The notes under the pieces: generated by a model
What the model saw: the letters and a program-made list of their open reading frames with translations, nothing else
The model's database searches: none
What the model was told of the DNA's origin: nothing
Part shown: positions 1 through 9,797 of the stretch, one piece after another
Layout of the letters: the number at the start of each line of letters is the position of its first letter
Numbering within the stretch: the first letter of the stretch is position 1
Position numbers and translations under genes: made by a program
Assembly (NCBI GenBank): GCA_016186145.1
Contig: JACPMF010000002.1
Location: 18,473-82,472 of the forward strand
Direction of reading: 5' to 3'
Length of the DNA: 64,000 bases
Origin: Candidatus Sungiibacteriota bacterium
GTDB lineage: Bacteria > Patescibacteriota > Minisyncoccia > Sungbacterales > SURF-37

Positions 1-44
1 AAAAGTTATTTGCAAAATTGGTGCTGGGGTCGCTAAATCAGCGT

Positions 45-1205
45 ATGGCAAAAAAGAAAAAAATCTTATATGTCATTACCAAGTCCAACTGGGGCGGAGC
101 CCAGCGTTATGTTTTTGATTTGGCAACAAGTCTGCCATCGGAACGATTTAAAGTTACCGTGGCGGCGGGCGGCAACGGGCCCTTCCTCCAAAAACTCAAG
201 CAGGCAGGCGTTAAAACCGTCCCCATCCCCAATCTTGAACGAGACATAAGCGTCCTTAAAGAACTTCTTTCACTCACTTCCCTTTTCAAAATTTTAAGAA
301 GAGAGCGCCCGGATATAATTCACCTCAATAGTTCAAAAATCGGCGGCCTCGGCGCCATCGCCGCTTTTGTTTCAAAACCAATAACTAAAAACTATAAACT
401 AAAAACTATATTTACCGTCCACGGCTGGGGATTCCATGAACCGCGGCCGCGCTGGCAAAAGTCGTTTATCCTCTTTCTCTCGCGGCTCGCCGGGTTATTC
501 CAAAGTCACCTTATCCACGTTAGCCGGCACGACCTCGCCGCAACCCATGCGCTCGGAGTGTGCGCGCCGGGGAATGCAGAATACATACCCCTTGCTGTAA
601 ACCATTGCACTCCGCTAAATCCCAGCCGCTCAAGAGAATTTTTGAGCAAAAAAACCGGCATCGAAGAAAAATCGTTCTGGATCGGAACAGTGGCGGAACT
701 CACAAAAAACAAAGGACTTGCGTATTTGATCGACAGTATTAATGAGGTAAGAAAAAAAAATCCGGAGTTCAAAATACAAGTTCTTATCATCGGCGAAGGA
801 GAAGAACGGGAACGCCTGCAAAACCAGATACGGAAGCTTGGCCTTGAAAACACCGTACATCTTGCCGGATTCATCCCGGACGCCGCGCGGTACCTGAAAG
901 CGTTTGACATATTTATCCTCCCGTCTTTAAAGGAAGGACTGCCGTACACCCTCCTAGAGGCCATCAACGCAAAAATTCCTGTCATTGCGACCGCAGTAGG
1001 AGGCATACCGGACCTGATTGAACATGAACAAGACGGGTTGCTTGTTCCGCCGGCAAACTCTTCGACTCTTACAAAAGCTATCACCACCCTCTTAGTTGAT
1101 AGCGAAAAACGAAGAATTTTCGCAGAGAACGCGGCAAAAAAAATCCGAGAACGAAATTCATTCTCGGAGATGATTCAAAAACATGTTGCTCTATACTTGA
1201 ATTAG
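45..1205 (+). CDS. GT4 family glycosyltransferase
   Basis: GGAQRY N-term and D-x-F-x-LPS-x-x-EGLP-x-x-LLEA motif; start taken at MAKKK (ATG 45). Confidence 0.9.
   Translation: MAKKKKILYVITKSNWGGAQRYVFDLATSLPSERFKVTVAAGGNGPFLQKLKQAGVKTVPIPNLERDISVLKELLSLTSLFKILRRERPDIIHLNSSKIGGLGAIAAFVSKPITKNYKLKTIFTVHGWGFHEPRPRWQKSFILFLSRLAGLFQSHLIHVSRHDLAATHALGVCAPGNAEYIPLAVNHCTPLNPSRSREFLSKKTGIEEKSFWIGTVAELTKNKGLAYLIDSINEVRKKNPEFKIQVLIIGEGEERERLQNQIRKLGLENTVHLAGFIPDAARYLKAFDIFILPSLKEGLPYTLLEAINAKIPVIATAVGGIPDLIEHEQDGLLVPPANSSTLTKAITTLLVDSEKRRIFAENAAKKIRERNSFSEMIQKHVALYLN
374..408 (+). repeat. Degenerate 7-mer tandem array (AAAACTA-like x5) inside the GT4 CDS
   Basis: aaaacca ataacta aaaacta taaacta aaaacta, translated as part of SKPITKNYKLKTI. 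Confidence 0.8.
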
Positions 1206-1257
1206 GAATAAATGAAACGATGTATACTGTTATTCTTAATTCATTATTCATAATTCT
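1198..1257. repeat. Inverted 7-mer array hairpin between convergent genes
   Basis: TGAATTAGGAATAA (1198-1211) vs TTATTCTTAATTCA (1230-1243), 13/14 complementary; TAATTCA-like units continue to 1257. Confidence 0.7.
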
Positions 1258-2167
1258 ACACAATGTGGTGCATCTTCTTCAACTCTGCCACTCCTTGTTC
1301 AAAACTAATTTGCGGTTCCCAATTTAACAATTCGCGCGCTTTTCGATTATCGGCAAGAGTTTCCGGCGCTTCACCCTGGCGCGGCTCAACAAACACTTTG
1401 GGCCCGCCGATCATATCAGCAACCTCCAACATACTGTAATTCTTCCCGCATCCGATATTGATAATCTCCCCTTTGCCGACCATTTCGCTTCCCATCGCAA
1501 GAAGGTTTGCCCGCGCAACATCGCTTACGTGAGTAAAATCACGGCGCTGGCTCCCGTCCGGCACAATAGTCATCGGTAAACCTTTTTCGCGCTCGCCGAG
1601 GAAAATTCCGATTACTGTTGCATACGGGCCGTCCGCATCGGTAGCCTGCCGCGGCCCATAAACATTGAAATAGCGGAGAGAAACGGTTTCAAGACCGTAA
1701 AAACGGCTTACCATTTCGCAATACCGTTCGCCAACGTGCTTTTGAATCGCATACGGAATAACAGGCAAGGGCGGCATATCTTCACGAAGCGGCATTTCTT
1801 TCCGGTGACCGTACGCGGAAGATGACGCCGAGTAAACGACCCGCTTTACTCCGGCATCCCGAGCGGCCAGCAAAACATTGAGCGTCCCCGTTATGTTGAT
1901 ATCGTTGGTAAGGCGCGGCTCGCGGATGGATAACTGCATTCGCGGTTGTGCGGCTGTATGAAAAATGCCCGCGGCTTTGCGAAAAATCGGAGCGAGCTTT
2001 TCGAAGTCGCGAATGTCTACTTCATGAAGCACGGCGCGGGGATTTACCCGCTCCCGCTTCCCGGTCAAAAAGTTATCCACAACATGCACCTCATCTCCTC
2101 TTTCCACCAGCATATCCGCGATGTGAGAGCCTATGAATCCGGCGCCACCGGTAACAATGTATTTCAT
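1256..2167 (-). CDS. NAD-dependent epimerase/dehydratase (UDP-sugar 4-epimerase-like)
   Basis: TGGAGFIG, YxxxK, LRYFNVYGPRQ. Confidence 0.9.
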   Translation of the reverse strand: MKYIVTGGAGFIGSHIADMLVERGDEVHVVDNFLTGKRERVNPRAVLHEVDIRDFEKLAPIFRKAAGIFHTAAQPRMQLSIREPRLTNDINITGTLNVLLAARDAGVKRVVYSASSSAYGHRKEMPLREDMPPLPVIPYAIQKHVGERYCEMVSRFYGLETVSLRYFNVYGPRQATDADGPYATVIGIFLGEREKGLPMTIVPDGSQRRDFTHVSDVARANLLAMGSEMVGKGEIINIGCGKNYSMLEVADMIGGPKVFVEPRQGEAPETLADNRKARELLNWEPQISFEQGVAELKKMHHIV

Positions 2168-2245
2168 AAAAATTTTAGTTTTTGAATTTCTCTACTGAAC
2201 TTGATACTACGAAGCACCTAAAATGGTAACATAAAACAAGAATCC

Positions 2246-3619
2246 ATGGGAATACAAAGAAGAATACTAAAGCCAATTATCCTCTGCGCCGGTGATGCGG
2301 CCGTATATTTTGCCGCGCTCTCGCTCATGATTTTCATACGCTACTACGGCTACCCGCTCGGTTATTTTTTTGAAATCCATATTACTCCGTTTTCGATAAT
2401 ATTTACGGGCTGGATCATAAACTCCTACATTGCGGGGCTTTACGAACTGCGCACGGTTAAAAATACTCCGACTTTCTATAACCGACTCTATAAAGTCTTT
2501 CTGCTCAACGCCGCGATTGCAATTTCCGTTTTCTACCTTCTCCCTTATTTTCAGGTCGCTCCGCGCGCAAATCTTTTTGTCGTAATCGCCCTCTCTTTCT
2601 TTTTCATCATCTGGTGGCGGTGGACCGCGCAACACATTATGGCTGCGCGCGGATCATCCCGCGTCCTTTTCTTCGGGCTCTCAAAAGAAATAAGCTGGCT
2701 TGCCGACTTCTTGAAACAAAACCCGCAACTCGGTTATCTCCCTGCGGCGATTATGTCAGGAAGAGGAGAAAGCGCGCCGGAAGAAATTCCCTTAAAAATT
2801 TTCTCTTTTAACGAGTCTCTTCCCCGCATTATAGACGGCGAAGGCGTTGAGCTAATCGTGGCGGGTCCGGATATAAAAAAGAACGAAACACTTGTACAAA
2901 TGCTCTTTCAAGCGGTTCCTCTCGGTATTCCGGTAATCGATTTCCTATCGTTCTATGAAGAAGTGACCGGAAAAATACCGGTATCCCTCATCGGCGAAGT
3001 ATGGTTTCTGGAAAATCTCGTCGGGGTAAAAAGCCGCTCTTATGAATTTTTCAAACGGGCGATTGACCTGATCATCGCAGGGGCAATCGTCATTCCCTCA
3101 CTATTGCTCTTTCCGTTTATTGCGCTTGCCATAAAATTTGGTTCACCCGGTCCCGTTTTCTATGAACAAAAGAGGGTCGGGAGGGGCGGCAAAGAGTTTT
3201 CACTGGTAAAATACCGCTCTATGGTTAAAAACGCGGAACAAATGGACTGGCGGAAAGGTGGAGGCCGTGATCCGCGCCATACCGGCATTGGAGCATTTCT
3301 CCGGAAAAGCTATCTTGATGAACTTCCGCAAGTTCTTAACATTTTAAGAGGCGAAATGTCCTTTGTGGGGCCCCGACCGGAACGCCCGGAGTTTGTACGG
3401 GAGTTAAAAACAAAAATACCGTTTTATGACATACGAATGCTCGTAAAACCGGGAATTACCGGCTGGGCGCAAATCAACATGGAAAATGACGCCTCGGTCG
3501 AAGATGCGCTTGAGAAGCTTCAGTACGACCTCGCGTATATCAAAAATCGCTCGGTCCTATTAGATATAACAATCTCTCTGAAAACAGCGGCTACCATGCT
3601 TTCGAGAGGAGGAAGATAA
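2246..3619 (+). CDS. Polyprenyl-phosphate sugar phosphotransferase (WcaJ/WbaP-like initiating transferase)
   Basis: N-terminal TM helices; KRAID, LDELPQ, GEMSFVGPRPE, KPGITGWAQ. Confidence 0.92.
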   Translation: MGIQRRILKPIILCAGDAAVYFAALSLMIFIRYYGYPLGYFFEIHITPFSIIFTGWIINSYIAGLYELRTVKNTPTFYNRLYKVFLLNAAIAISVFYLLPYFQVAPRANLFVVIALSFFFIIWWRWTAQHIMAARGSSRVLFFGLSKEISWLADFLKQNPQLGYLPAAIMSGRGESAPEEIPLKIFSFNESLPRIIDGEGVELIVAGPDIKKNETLVQMLFQAVPLGIPVIDFLSFYEEVTGKIPVSLIGEVWFLENLVGVKSRSYEFFKRAIDLIIAGAIVIPSLLLFPFIALAIKFGSPGPVFYEQKRVGRGGKEFSLVKYRSMVKNAEQMDWRKGGGRDPRHTGIGAFLRKSYLDELPQVLNILRGEMSFVGPRPERPEFVRELKTKIPFYDIRMLVKPGITGWAQINMENDASVEDALEKLQYDLAYIKNRSVLLDITISLKTAATMLSRGGR

Positions 3620-3634
3620 GCCCGTCTACGGCAG

Positions 3635-3715
3635 AAAATCCAAATGTTTTAAACCTTAACACATTTGAATTTAAATATTGTTTTGGATTTTGGATTTTGT
3701 GATTTGAATTTGTTT
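3635..3715. repeat. Degenerate inverted 7-mer (AAATCCA/TGGATTT) array at a convergent junction
   Basis: aaaatccaaat ... ttttggattttggattttgtgatttgaatttg; encodes the QIQITKSKIQNNI tail of the dehydrogenase. Confidence 0.6.
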
Positions 3716-4600
3716 TAGTTTTTCAGCAAGTTGAGAGTCATGCGTGCTTACTTCTTCTATCGTCAATCCTTGCTCGGCAAGGATTTTTTCATTAAAGGCG
3801 CGATCGGCTTTCAAAAGATCAACACCCTCTCCAAGGTCCCGAGAAGCAAAATGGGCAGTCAAGGCGTCAAGGTCTTTTGGAAAACAATATCCGCCCCAAC
3901 CGCGATAACCGCCGTGATTAACATCGAGGTGTGAATCACCGATCCGGTGATCGGCGGCTATACCTTTCCGCACATTCTCGTAATCTATCCCGTGTGATTC
4001 GCAAAGACGGGCGATCGCATTCGCAAAATTAATTTTGCGCGCGAAATGAACATTTCCCGAATACTTAATTATCTCTGCCTCTGTTGCCGTGATTTTTACG
4101 GACGTATAAGTATTTACGCCCCAGGGCGACATAAACGGAGCTTTCGGCAAAAGAGAAAGAACCGGGTGCGCGGCGTCAATAGACGAGTCAGTAAATCCAA
4201 CGATCTGACGATCGGGCCGCACCATATCAATCCATGCCTGCCGCTCCGTTAAAAATTCGGGATTAAACAAAAATTTATGCTGCGGGTGTTCTTTTTGAAG
4301 GCGCTCGGTTGTACCAGGCGGAACGGTTGATTTTACAACAACAACTTTCTCTCCTTTAATGGAACGCGCCGCTTCTTCAACGATAGAAATGTTACAAGAA
4401 CCATCCGGATTCCTTGGCGACGGAACAGCAATAAATACAATGTCTGCTCTCGAAACATCATCAAAGTAGCCCTTTTTTGGGTCAACATCGTAAAGGAAAA
4501 GATCCTTCCCGCGCTCATATCCCTTAGACTCCTCAAACCAGCGCTTGAGCGGCGTGCCGACCATGCCAACACCTATTATTCCAACTAATGGTTTATTCAT
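3671..4600 (-). CDS. UDP-glucose/GDP-mannose 6-dehydrogenase family (short form)
   Basis: GVGMVG, KSTVPPGTT, FNPEFL, GGYCFPKD. Confidence 0.88.
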   Translation of the reverse strand: MNKPLVGIIGVGMVGTPLKRWFEESKGYERGKDLFLYDVDPKKGYFDDVSRADIVFIAVPSPRNPDGSCNISIVEEAARSIKGEKVVVVKSTVPPGTTERLQKEHPQHKFLFNPEFLTERQAWIDMVRPDRQIVGFTDSSIDAAHPVLSLLPKAPFMSPWGVNTYTSVKITATEAEIIKYSGNVHFARKINFANAIARLCESHGIDYENVRKGIAADHRIGDSHLDVNHGGYRGWGGYCFPKDLDALTAHFASRDLGEGVDLLKADRAFNEKILAEQGLTIEEVSTHDSQLAEKLKQIQITKSKIQNNI

Positions 4601-4685
4601 GGAAATTCACGTTTTACCAACTATGAATACCCCGGAAATCAGCAGGCGGTTTTAAAAATTCTACGTCAAAATCCTGGTTTCCAAA

Positions 4686-6896
4686 TCATTTCGTTACGGC
4701 GTTAATTTGCTCAATAACTTTTTCTCCCTGATCCTTGAACCTTGGTTCAAGCTCGATTGCTTTCTGAAGCTCTGCGATTGCTTCTTTATTCCGGCCGATC
4801 TGAAAATAAGCGCCTCCCAACTCCGCGCGATACTGGGCGCTTCCGGGATTCGCGGCAACAAGCTTCTCCCAAACCCGTACTACCTTCTCGAGATCTCCGA
4901 TATTCCGATATGCAATAACATACTTTGGTTCCGCAACAATCCGCGAACCGAAATGCTTCTCCAAAAGATCCTCTCCTTCTTTCACCCGGCCGGAAATAAT
5001 AAGAACGATGGCGAGATTGTGTATCGCTTCCGGATATTCAGGAGCAAGCTCATACGCTGTCCGAAGCGCCTCAATCGCTTTATTCGGCTGGCCCCCCGAA
5101 AGGTTTGCCTCGGCGGCAACGAAATAAAAGTTCTGCCGCCTCTTCGAGATTTTCATTGCTTCATCAACCATCGCAAGAGTGTCTCCGTAGCGCCCTGCCG
5201 CAAGATATGCATTCGAGATGAATGCCAGAGCCCGAACATCAAAGGGTTGGTCCTTTCGTTGCTTCTCAATTTCTTCGATGACGAAAGCAAGATATTTTCT
5301 CTTGTCCTGATCGGCGATGGCAGGGTTTTGGAAAATACTGTTCCCTATCTGATTCGCCTGTTCCCTTGCCTCTGTCGTGCCGAATGTATTCAACTTGATC
5401 CCCCGGCCCAATTCTTCCTGGATTGCATCCGCCTTTCCCGCAGGATCAGGCCCCCCCGCGATTTTCAGAGCATTAATAATAGATCGCGCGGCACGAATTG
5501 GTTTTACGTTATAGGTAAAAACGGTATAAGCGGCAAAAACCCCCGCAAGCAACATAACACTGAACACCACCATCATATTCGGCATATGCCATCCTCCGGA
5601 AATCTCCTTGTCCTGCGGGACGGAAACGGAGGAAGAGGATTGATGAACCCACGCGAGCACGGCAAAAAACATAAGATAGCTTGTCAGGTTGTCGAAAACA
5701 AAAAGATTTTGAAAAAAGTTGGCAGAAAGAAGGCCAAAAACTCCCGCAAACACAAAACGATCTATCCGCCCCTTTTGAAAAGACCGGAAACACAAAAACA
5801 ATCCCGCTCCGAAAATCGCAAGATATGTTCCAAGCCCAAGGATACCGCCCGCAGTCAGCCAATCGAGGAAAACATTGTGAGCGCGATCAAACCACGGTTC
5901 ATTCTGCCAGAGCGACGGATCGTAATACTTTGAAAAAATGTAAATAAAACTTTCCTGCCCCCAACCGAGAACCGGCCGCTCCTGCCACCCCTCAAGCGCC
6001 ATTTTCCAAATGGTAAAACGGCCGGCCGCGGCAGGATCGCTTAACATATTTACAAACCTTCCCAATGTATCGCTTGAACGGACAAATTCCGTATCTTTGA
6101 CAAAAAAGAATGCGACCGGAATAAGAACGGCAACAAGTACCCCGCCAAGCGCGATTTTACGGACTCGTCCTTTCTCAAGAAAAGAAAGCACCAAAGCAAA
6201 GATAACAGCGCCGACAAGCATGCCGAGAAGCGGTCCCCGCGATGCCGTATAGTAAAGCACAACCGCTTCCATAACCAACAACGCGCCGTAGACTCCTTTC
6301 AGCCAATTTTCTCGCGCTTGAAAGAAAAAAATGGCAAGCAGAAACAAATGAAAAAGAAGATATACCGCAAAGTAAGTCGCATTGCCAAATGTTGCGTCAA
6401 CCCTCACGCCGCCCTGATGTATCACCGCCCCTCCCGCAAGCTGGACAAAAGCGTACATGGCAGTTACGGCGCTTACTCCAATTGATACGTTGAAAAAGAG
6501 CCGCCAGTCCTTCGCAGCGATAAAAACACTCCCGAGCATGAGGAAATAGAGAAACAAATGGAGGTGGCCAAAAAGCCCCTCCATCCGCTCGAACGAAGAC
6601 CAAAGACTTTTATACGGAGACAAACCGAGAACCGTCGCTGAAATAAGCGTGGCAATGAAGAGCCCGTAGAAAACGGTAAGCAAAGAAATTCTGGGACGGA
6701 AGCGCGGCGAGAGAGCCATCAGCCCAATCCAAAAAACGGCAAGAAGTTCTATAAGAATGCGGAATGTAAAATTTTTTCCCGTTATAAAAGGAAAATACAT
6801 GCTCCGCGTAACAATGAGCGGGATGAACGGAACAAGCAAAAGCCCTCCCTTAACGATCCACGAAAGAATTTTTTCGATTTGTTGTGTGTTTGGCAT
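4686..6896 (-). CDS. O-antigen ligase/oligosaccharyltransferase (Wzy_C) with C-terminal TPRs
   Basis: Multi-TM, ATFGN, TASRG, GWGQE, FDRAHN; TPR-like tail; start MPNTQ. Confidence 0.88.
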   Translation of the reverse strand: MPNTQQIEKILSWIVKGGLLLVPFIPLIVTRSMYFPFITGKNFTFRILIELLAVFWIGLMALSPRFRPRISLLTVFYGLFIATLISATVLGLSPYKSLWSSFERMEGLFGHLHLFLYFLMLGSVFIAAKDWRLFFNVSIGVSAVTAMYAFVQLAGGAVIHQGGVRVDATFGNATYFAVYLLFHLFLLAIFFFQARENWLKGVYGALLVMEAVVLYYTASRGPLLGMLVGAVIFALVLSFLEKGRVRKIALGGVLVAVLIPVAFFFVKDTEFVRSSDTLGRFVNMLSDPAAAGRFTIWKMALEGWQERPVLGWGQESFIYIFSKYYDPSLWQNEPWFDRAHNVFLDWLTAGGILGLGTYLAIFGAGLFLCFRSFQKGRIDRFVFAGVFGLLSANFFQNLFVFDNLTSYLMFFAVLAWVHQSSSSVSVPQDKEISGGWHMPNMMVVFSVMLLAGVFAAYTVFTYNVKPIRAARSIINALKIAGGPDPAGKADAIQEELGRGIKLNTFGTTEAREQANQIGNSIFQNPAIADQDKRKYLAFVIEEIEKQRKDQPFDVRALAFISNAYLAAGRYGDTLAMVDEAMKISKRRQNFYFVAAEANLSGGQPNKAIEALRTAYELAPEYPEAIHNLAIVLIISGRVKEGEDLLEKHFGSRIVAEPKYVIAYRNIGDLEKVVRVWEKLVAANPGSAQYRAELGGAYFQIGRNKEAIAELQKAIELEPRFKDQGEKVIEQINAVTK

Positions 6897-6988
6897 ACTT
6901 GAATATCCTACTACAACACCTGCTTGGTGGCAAACAAAAAATAAAAAGCACCGGATTGCTGCGGTGCTCAAAGTACGACTTAAAAGGG

Positions 6989-7930
6989 CTAAGGATTAAA
7001 TGCGTGCTCGTGCAAACGCGGGATATCAAAAAGGTCGTGGTAGATATCTTTTGTAAAAAAATCTTCGATGCTCCACGCTGACCAAAAATTCCACGCGCTC
7101 GTATAGCCGGTTCGTCTTGCCGCCAACTGCGCTTCTCTGCGAGGAACAGCGTTTCCAAAAACCCAACCGCAAGTTGTTGGCGAAGTGCCAACGATGTTTT
7201 TGATTCGCTCGGAAGATTCCCGCATTTCGTATTCAATCTCGTTCTCGCCAATCATGCTAAACCATGGATGCCTGTGGCTATGCGAAGCAATTTCCATTCC
7301 TCGCGCCGCAAGCGATAAAAGTTCATCGGCATTCATAAACCACTCATCAACGAGGTCGGCCTCATTACCCACAGCGTAACGCTCATAAATCTTAGTGACA
7401 AACTCCGCCTGAAGCGAAGGTGGAACAAAGTGGTTAAAAACCGCCTTGATAAGACGGAGCTCCGGCGGCTCGCCCATCTTCATTCCGGAGTAGTCAAGCT
7501 TTCCTTTTTCAAGCAATCGCCCATACGACCACAAACCGTACTCCTTAAAAAGGGCGGGGAGGATTTCATGTCTTAGGCGTTCTTCACCAAGTTTCTCAAT
7601 AGCGATCTGAAAACCTATTACCGGCGGCACCCGACCGTCCAGCGCGCATGTTATAACAAAAAAGGTTGCCGGCACTTCAAACTCCATAAGAATTGGCAGA
7701 GCGGCCGTGAACTGATCCTTAAATCCGTCATCAAAGGATAATGTTACATGCTTTTCCGGCAGTTGTCTGCTTCCGAAATGCGCCTGTCGTGCTACCTGAC
7801 CGCAAGTCATAAATTTATAACCATCTTCTTTTAGTCTGGAAATTTGAGCGCGAAGCCGTTCCGGCGAACAGGTCGGCCCAGGCGCCTTTCCATTACGGAT
7901 GTAGTGATAACCGAGATGCAGTGCTTCCAT
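6989..7930 (-). CDS. Polysaccharide deacetylase (NodB/CE4)
   Basis: YHY, LSFDDG, ATFF, EIASHSHRH. Confidence 0.85.
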   Translation of the reverse strand: MEALHLGYHYIRNGKAPGPTCSPERLRAQISRLKEDGYKFMTCGQVARQAHFGSRQLPEKHVTLSFDDGFKDQFTAALPILMEFEVPATFFVITCALDGRVPPVIGFQIAIEKLGEERLRHEILPALFKEYGLWSYGRLLEKGKLDYSGMKMGEPPELRLIKAVFNHFVPPSLQAEFVTKIYERYAVGNEADLVDEWFMNADELLSLAARGMEIASHSHRHPWFSMIGENEIEYEMRESSERIKNIVGTSPTTCGWVFGNAVPRREAQLAARRTGYTSAWNFWSAWSIEDFFTKDIYHDLFDIPRLHEHAFNP

Positions 7931-8028
7931 CAGTCACCCCCATATTTTCATTTTAACGAGCAATAAAAAAAATAGCACACAATGTGCTGTTTTGTCAAAT
8001 ACCCGTTTGGCAAATTTAAACCGCCCTA

Positions 8029-8889
8029 TTACCCAAATGCGACAAAAACAGCGCCAGCAACCATGAATAGCGCGCCAATGAAGCGTTGGAGAAAATGATC
8101 TTCTCCACCCAAGATGCGCCCGAAAAGTACATCGAAAACGTTGCTCAACCGCTTTAACGATATAAAATAAACCGCCACGATAAGAGAGATCCCGATGTAA
8201 TGCAACGCCTGCCCTACTCCGAAAGCTCCTGCCATAAGAAAGGCTGGTTTCCATTTTTCGCGCAAAGTAAAAAACCCGTGGATAAAGAAGGCGGGCAGAT
8301 GCAGCAGCATAAGCGCAAATACCGTCCAGAACGCAAAAAGAACAGGTGGAAAATATTGAAGGGAAAACTTTATCATTGCCACTGAAAAACCGGCGGTTAG
8401 CGCAGCTGTAAGCATAAAATAACTTCCCCTCTCACGAAAGATACTAAAAAGCGCATTTCTAATGCCGGGCTTATACGCATCCCAACTAAGAATAAATCCA
8501 CCTACAAAAATGCTCCCAACGCCCAAAAATCCACGCGGAGAAGGAAGTTCGCCAACCAATATGTACGACGCAGGAATAAGAAACACCATCGAAAAAGAAA
8601 ACAGCGGGCCCACGAGGGACTGTGGAGAGTATTGGAACGCGCGTACATATCCATAGGCAGTTGCGATTTCCAATGGAACAACAAAACAAAGAATCAAAAA
8701 TGATACCCAAAGAGAAGGGAGCCGCCATTCAGAAAAAAACGTGACGATAAGCGCGGTAACTAAAACTCCGGCGCTGAAACGAAGCGCATTCAAAAAGTAC
8801 GGCGAGAAAGTTTTGAGACTTCGAATCTGGGTATTTTGAAATGAAGCAAGAAACGCGGTAAGGATTCCAAAAAGAAAACCAATGGGCAT
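8029..8889 (-). CDS. EamA/DMT family transporter
   Basis: ~10 TM helices in two repeats; start MPIGF. Confidence 0.8.
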   Translation of the reverse strand: MPIGFLFGILTAFLASFQNTQIRSLKTFSPYFLNALRFSAGVLVTALIVTFFSEWRLPSLWVSFLILCFVVPLEIATAYGYVRAFQYSPQSLVGPLFSFSMVFLIPASYILVGELPSPRGFLGVGSIFVGGFILSWDAYKPGIRNALFSIFRERGSYFMLTAALTAGFSVAMIKFSLQYFPPVLFAFWTVFALMLLHLPAFFIHGFFTLREKWKPAFLMAGAFGVGQALHYIGISLIVAVYFISLKRLSNVFDVLFGRILGGEDHFLQRFIGALFMVAGAVFVAFG

Positions 8890-8900
8890 AGAACAAAAAT

Positions 8901-9677
8901 TTAGAAGGATGCAGTTTGAATCATCCGTTCGGCGAGCTCCCAATCTTCAGGGCTGTCTATGTTGACGCTGTACTTTTCTTCCATTGGGTAAAGCCGCACA
9001 TTGTCGCCGTATAAACTCGGTTCTGGAGAGCCAAAAAGAAGCTTGGTTTTGAAAAGATAAATCGCGCCGTTATGGGCGTATGTTTTTTGAGGGAAATCCT
9101 GGCGGCGGGTAATTCTTTTGCGGATTGCATCACCGACAAAAAGTTTTGCGTGTCCGTCTTCTCCTTCCACCACGGCCCAGTAAGGACTGAAGTGGCCGGG
9201 AATTTCAACAACGCTCACTACCGAATCGGCTCCGGATTTTTTGAAAAGTTCTACTGCCTCAACAATATGGCGTGCCTGACGCAAAGGGGCCGTTGGCTGC
9301 AAAAGCATGACCGCATCCGGTTCATAACTCTCATTTTCTCTCAACCAATTTACCGCGTGCTGAAGTACGGGCAGAGTCGGTGTTTTATCTTCGGCAAGCT
9401 CTTTTGGCCGCATAAACGGGACCTCAACCCCGTATTTTTTTCCGGCTTCGGCAATTTCAAAATCGTCGGTGGACAAAATAAGCCGACCCGCCTTCGCTGA
9501 AGCTTCCGCCGTCGCTATAGCTTTGGCGGACAAGTCGGCGGGCAAGTCAAAAACTCCGGCCTCTTTTGCCGCATCAATGGTCCAGGCAATCAACGGCTTG
9601 CCGCCAAGATCCTTTATGTTTTTTCGCGGAATAGACTTGGAACCACCACGCGCTGGAATAATGCCGAGAATTTTCAT
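8901..9677 (-). CDS. neuA: Acylneuraminate cytidylyltransferase with a 20-aa repeat-derived insertion
   Basis: IIPARGGSKSIPRKN, STDD, LQPTAPLR, RRQD. Confidence 0.9.
   Translation of the reverse strand: MKILGIIPARGGSKSIPRKNIKDLGGKPLIAWTIDAAKEAGVFDLPADLSAKAIATAEASAKAGRLILSTDDFEIAEAGKKYGVEVPFMRPKELAEDKTPTLPVLQHAVNWLRENESYEPDAVMLLQPTAPLRQARHIVEAVELFKKSGADSVVSVVEIPGHFSPYWAVVEGEDGHAKLFVGDAIRKRITRRQDFPQKTYAHNGAIYLFKTKLLFGSPEPSLYGDNVRLYPMEEKYSVNIDSPEDWELAERMIQTASF
9486..9545. repeat. Nested 2 x 30-bp palindromic element inserted in frame in neuA
   Basis: Outer CCCGCCTTCGCTGAAGCT|TCGGCGGGCAAG unit interrupted by inner TCCGCCGTCGCTATAGCTTTGGCGGACAAG; adds LPADLSAKAIATAEASAKAG. Confidence 0.85.
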
Positions 9678-9797
9678 ATCAATTATTACTTTATAGAACC
9701 TTGACAAGTTTTACAAGAGATGGCACTAATACCTATATGCCCGAATAGGCGCTTATGATCTTTTACAATTCAAACCACCAGAAAAGGAGAACGCCAG

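Noticed and set aside
4707-5933. 408-aa plus-strand ORF and other long antisense ORFs
   Set aside because: Shadow frames of well-supported opposite-strand genes, with no recognisable motifs.
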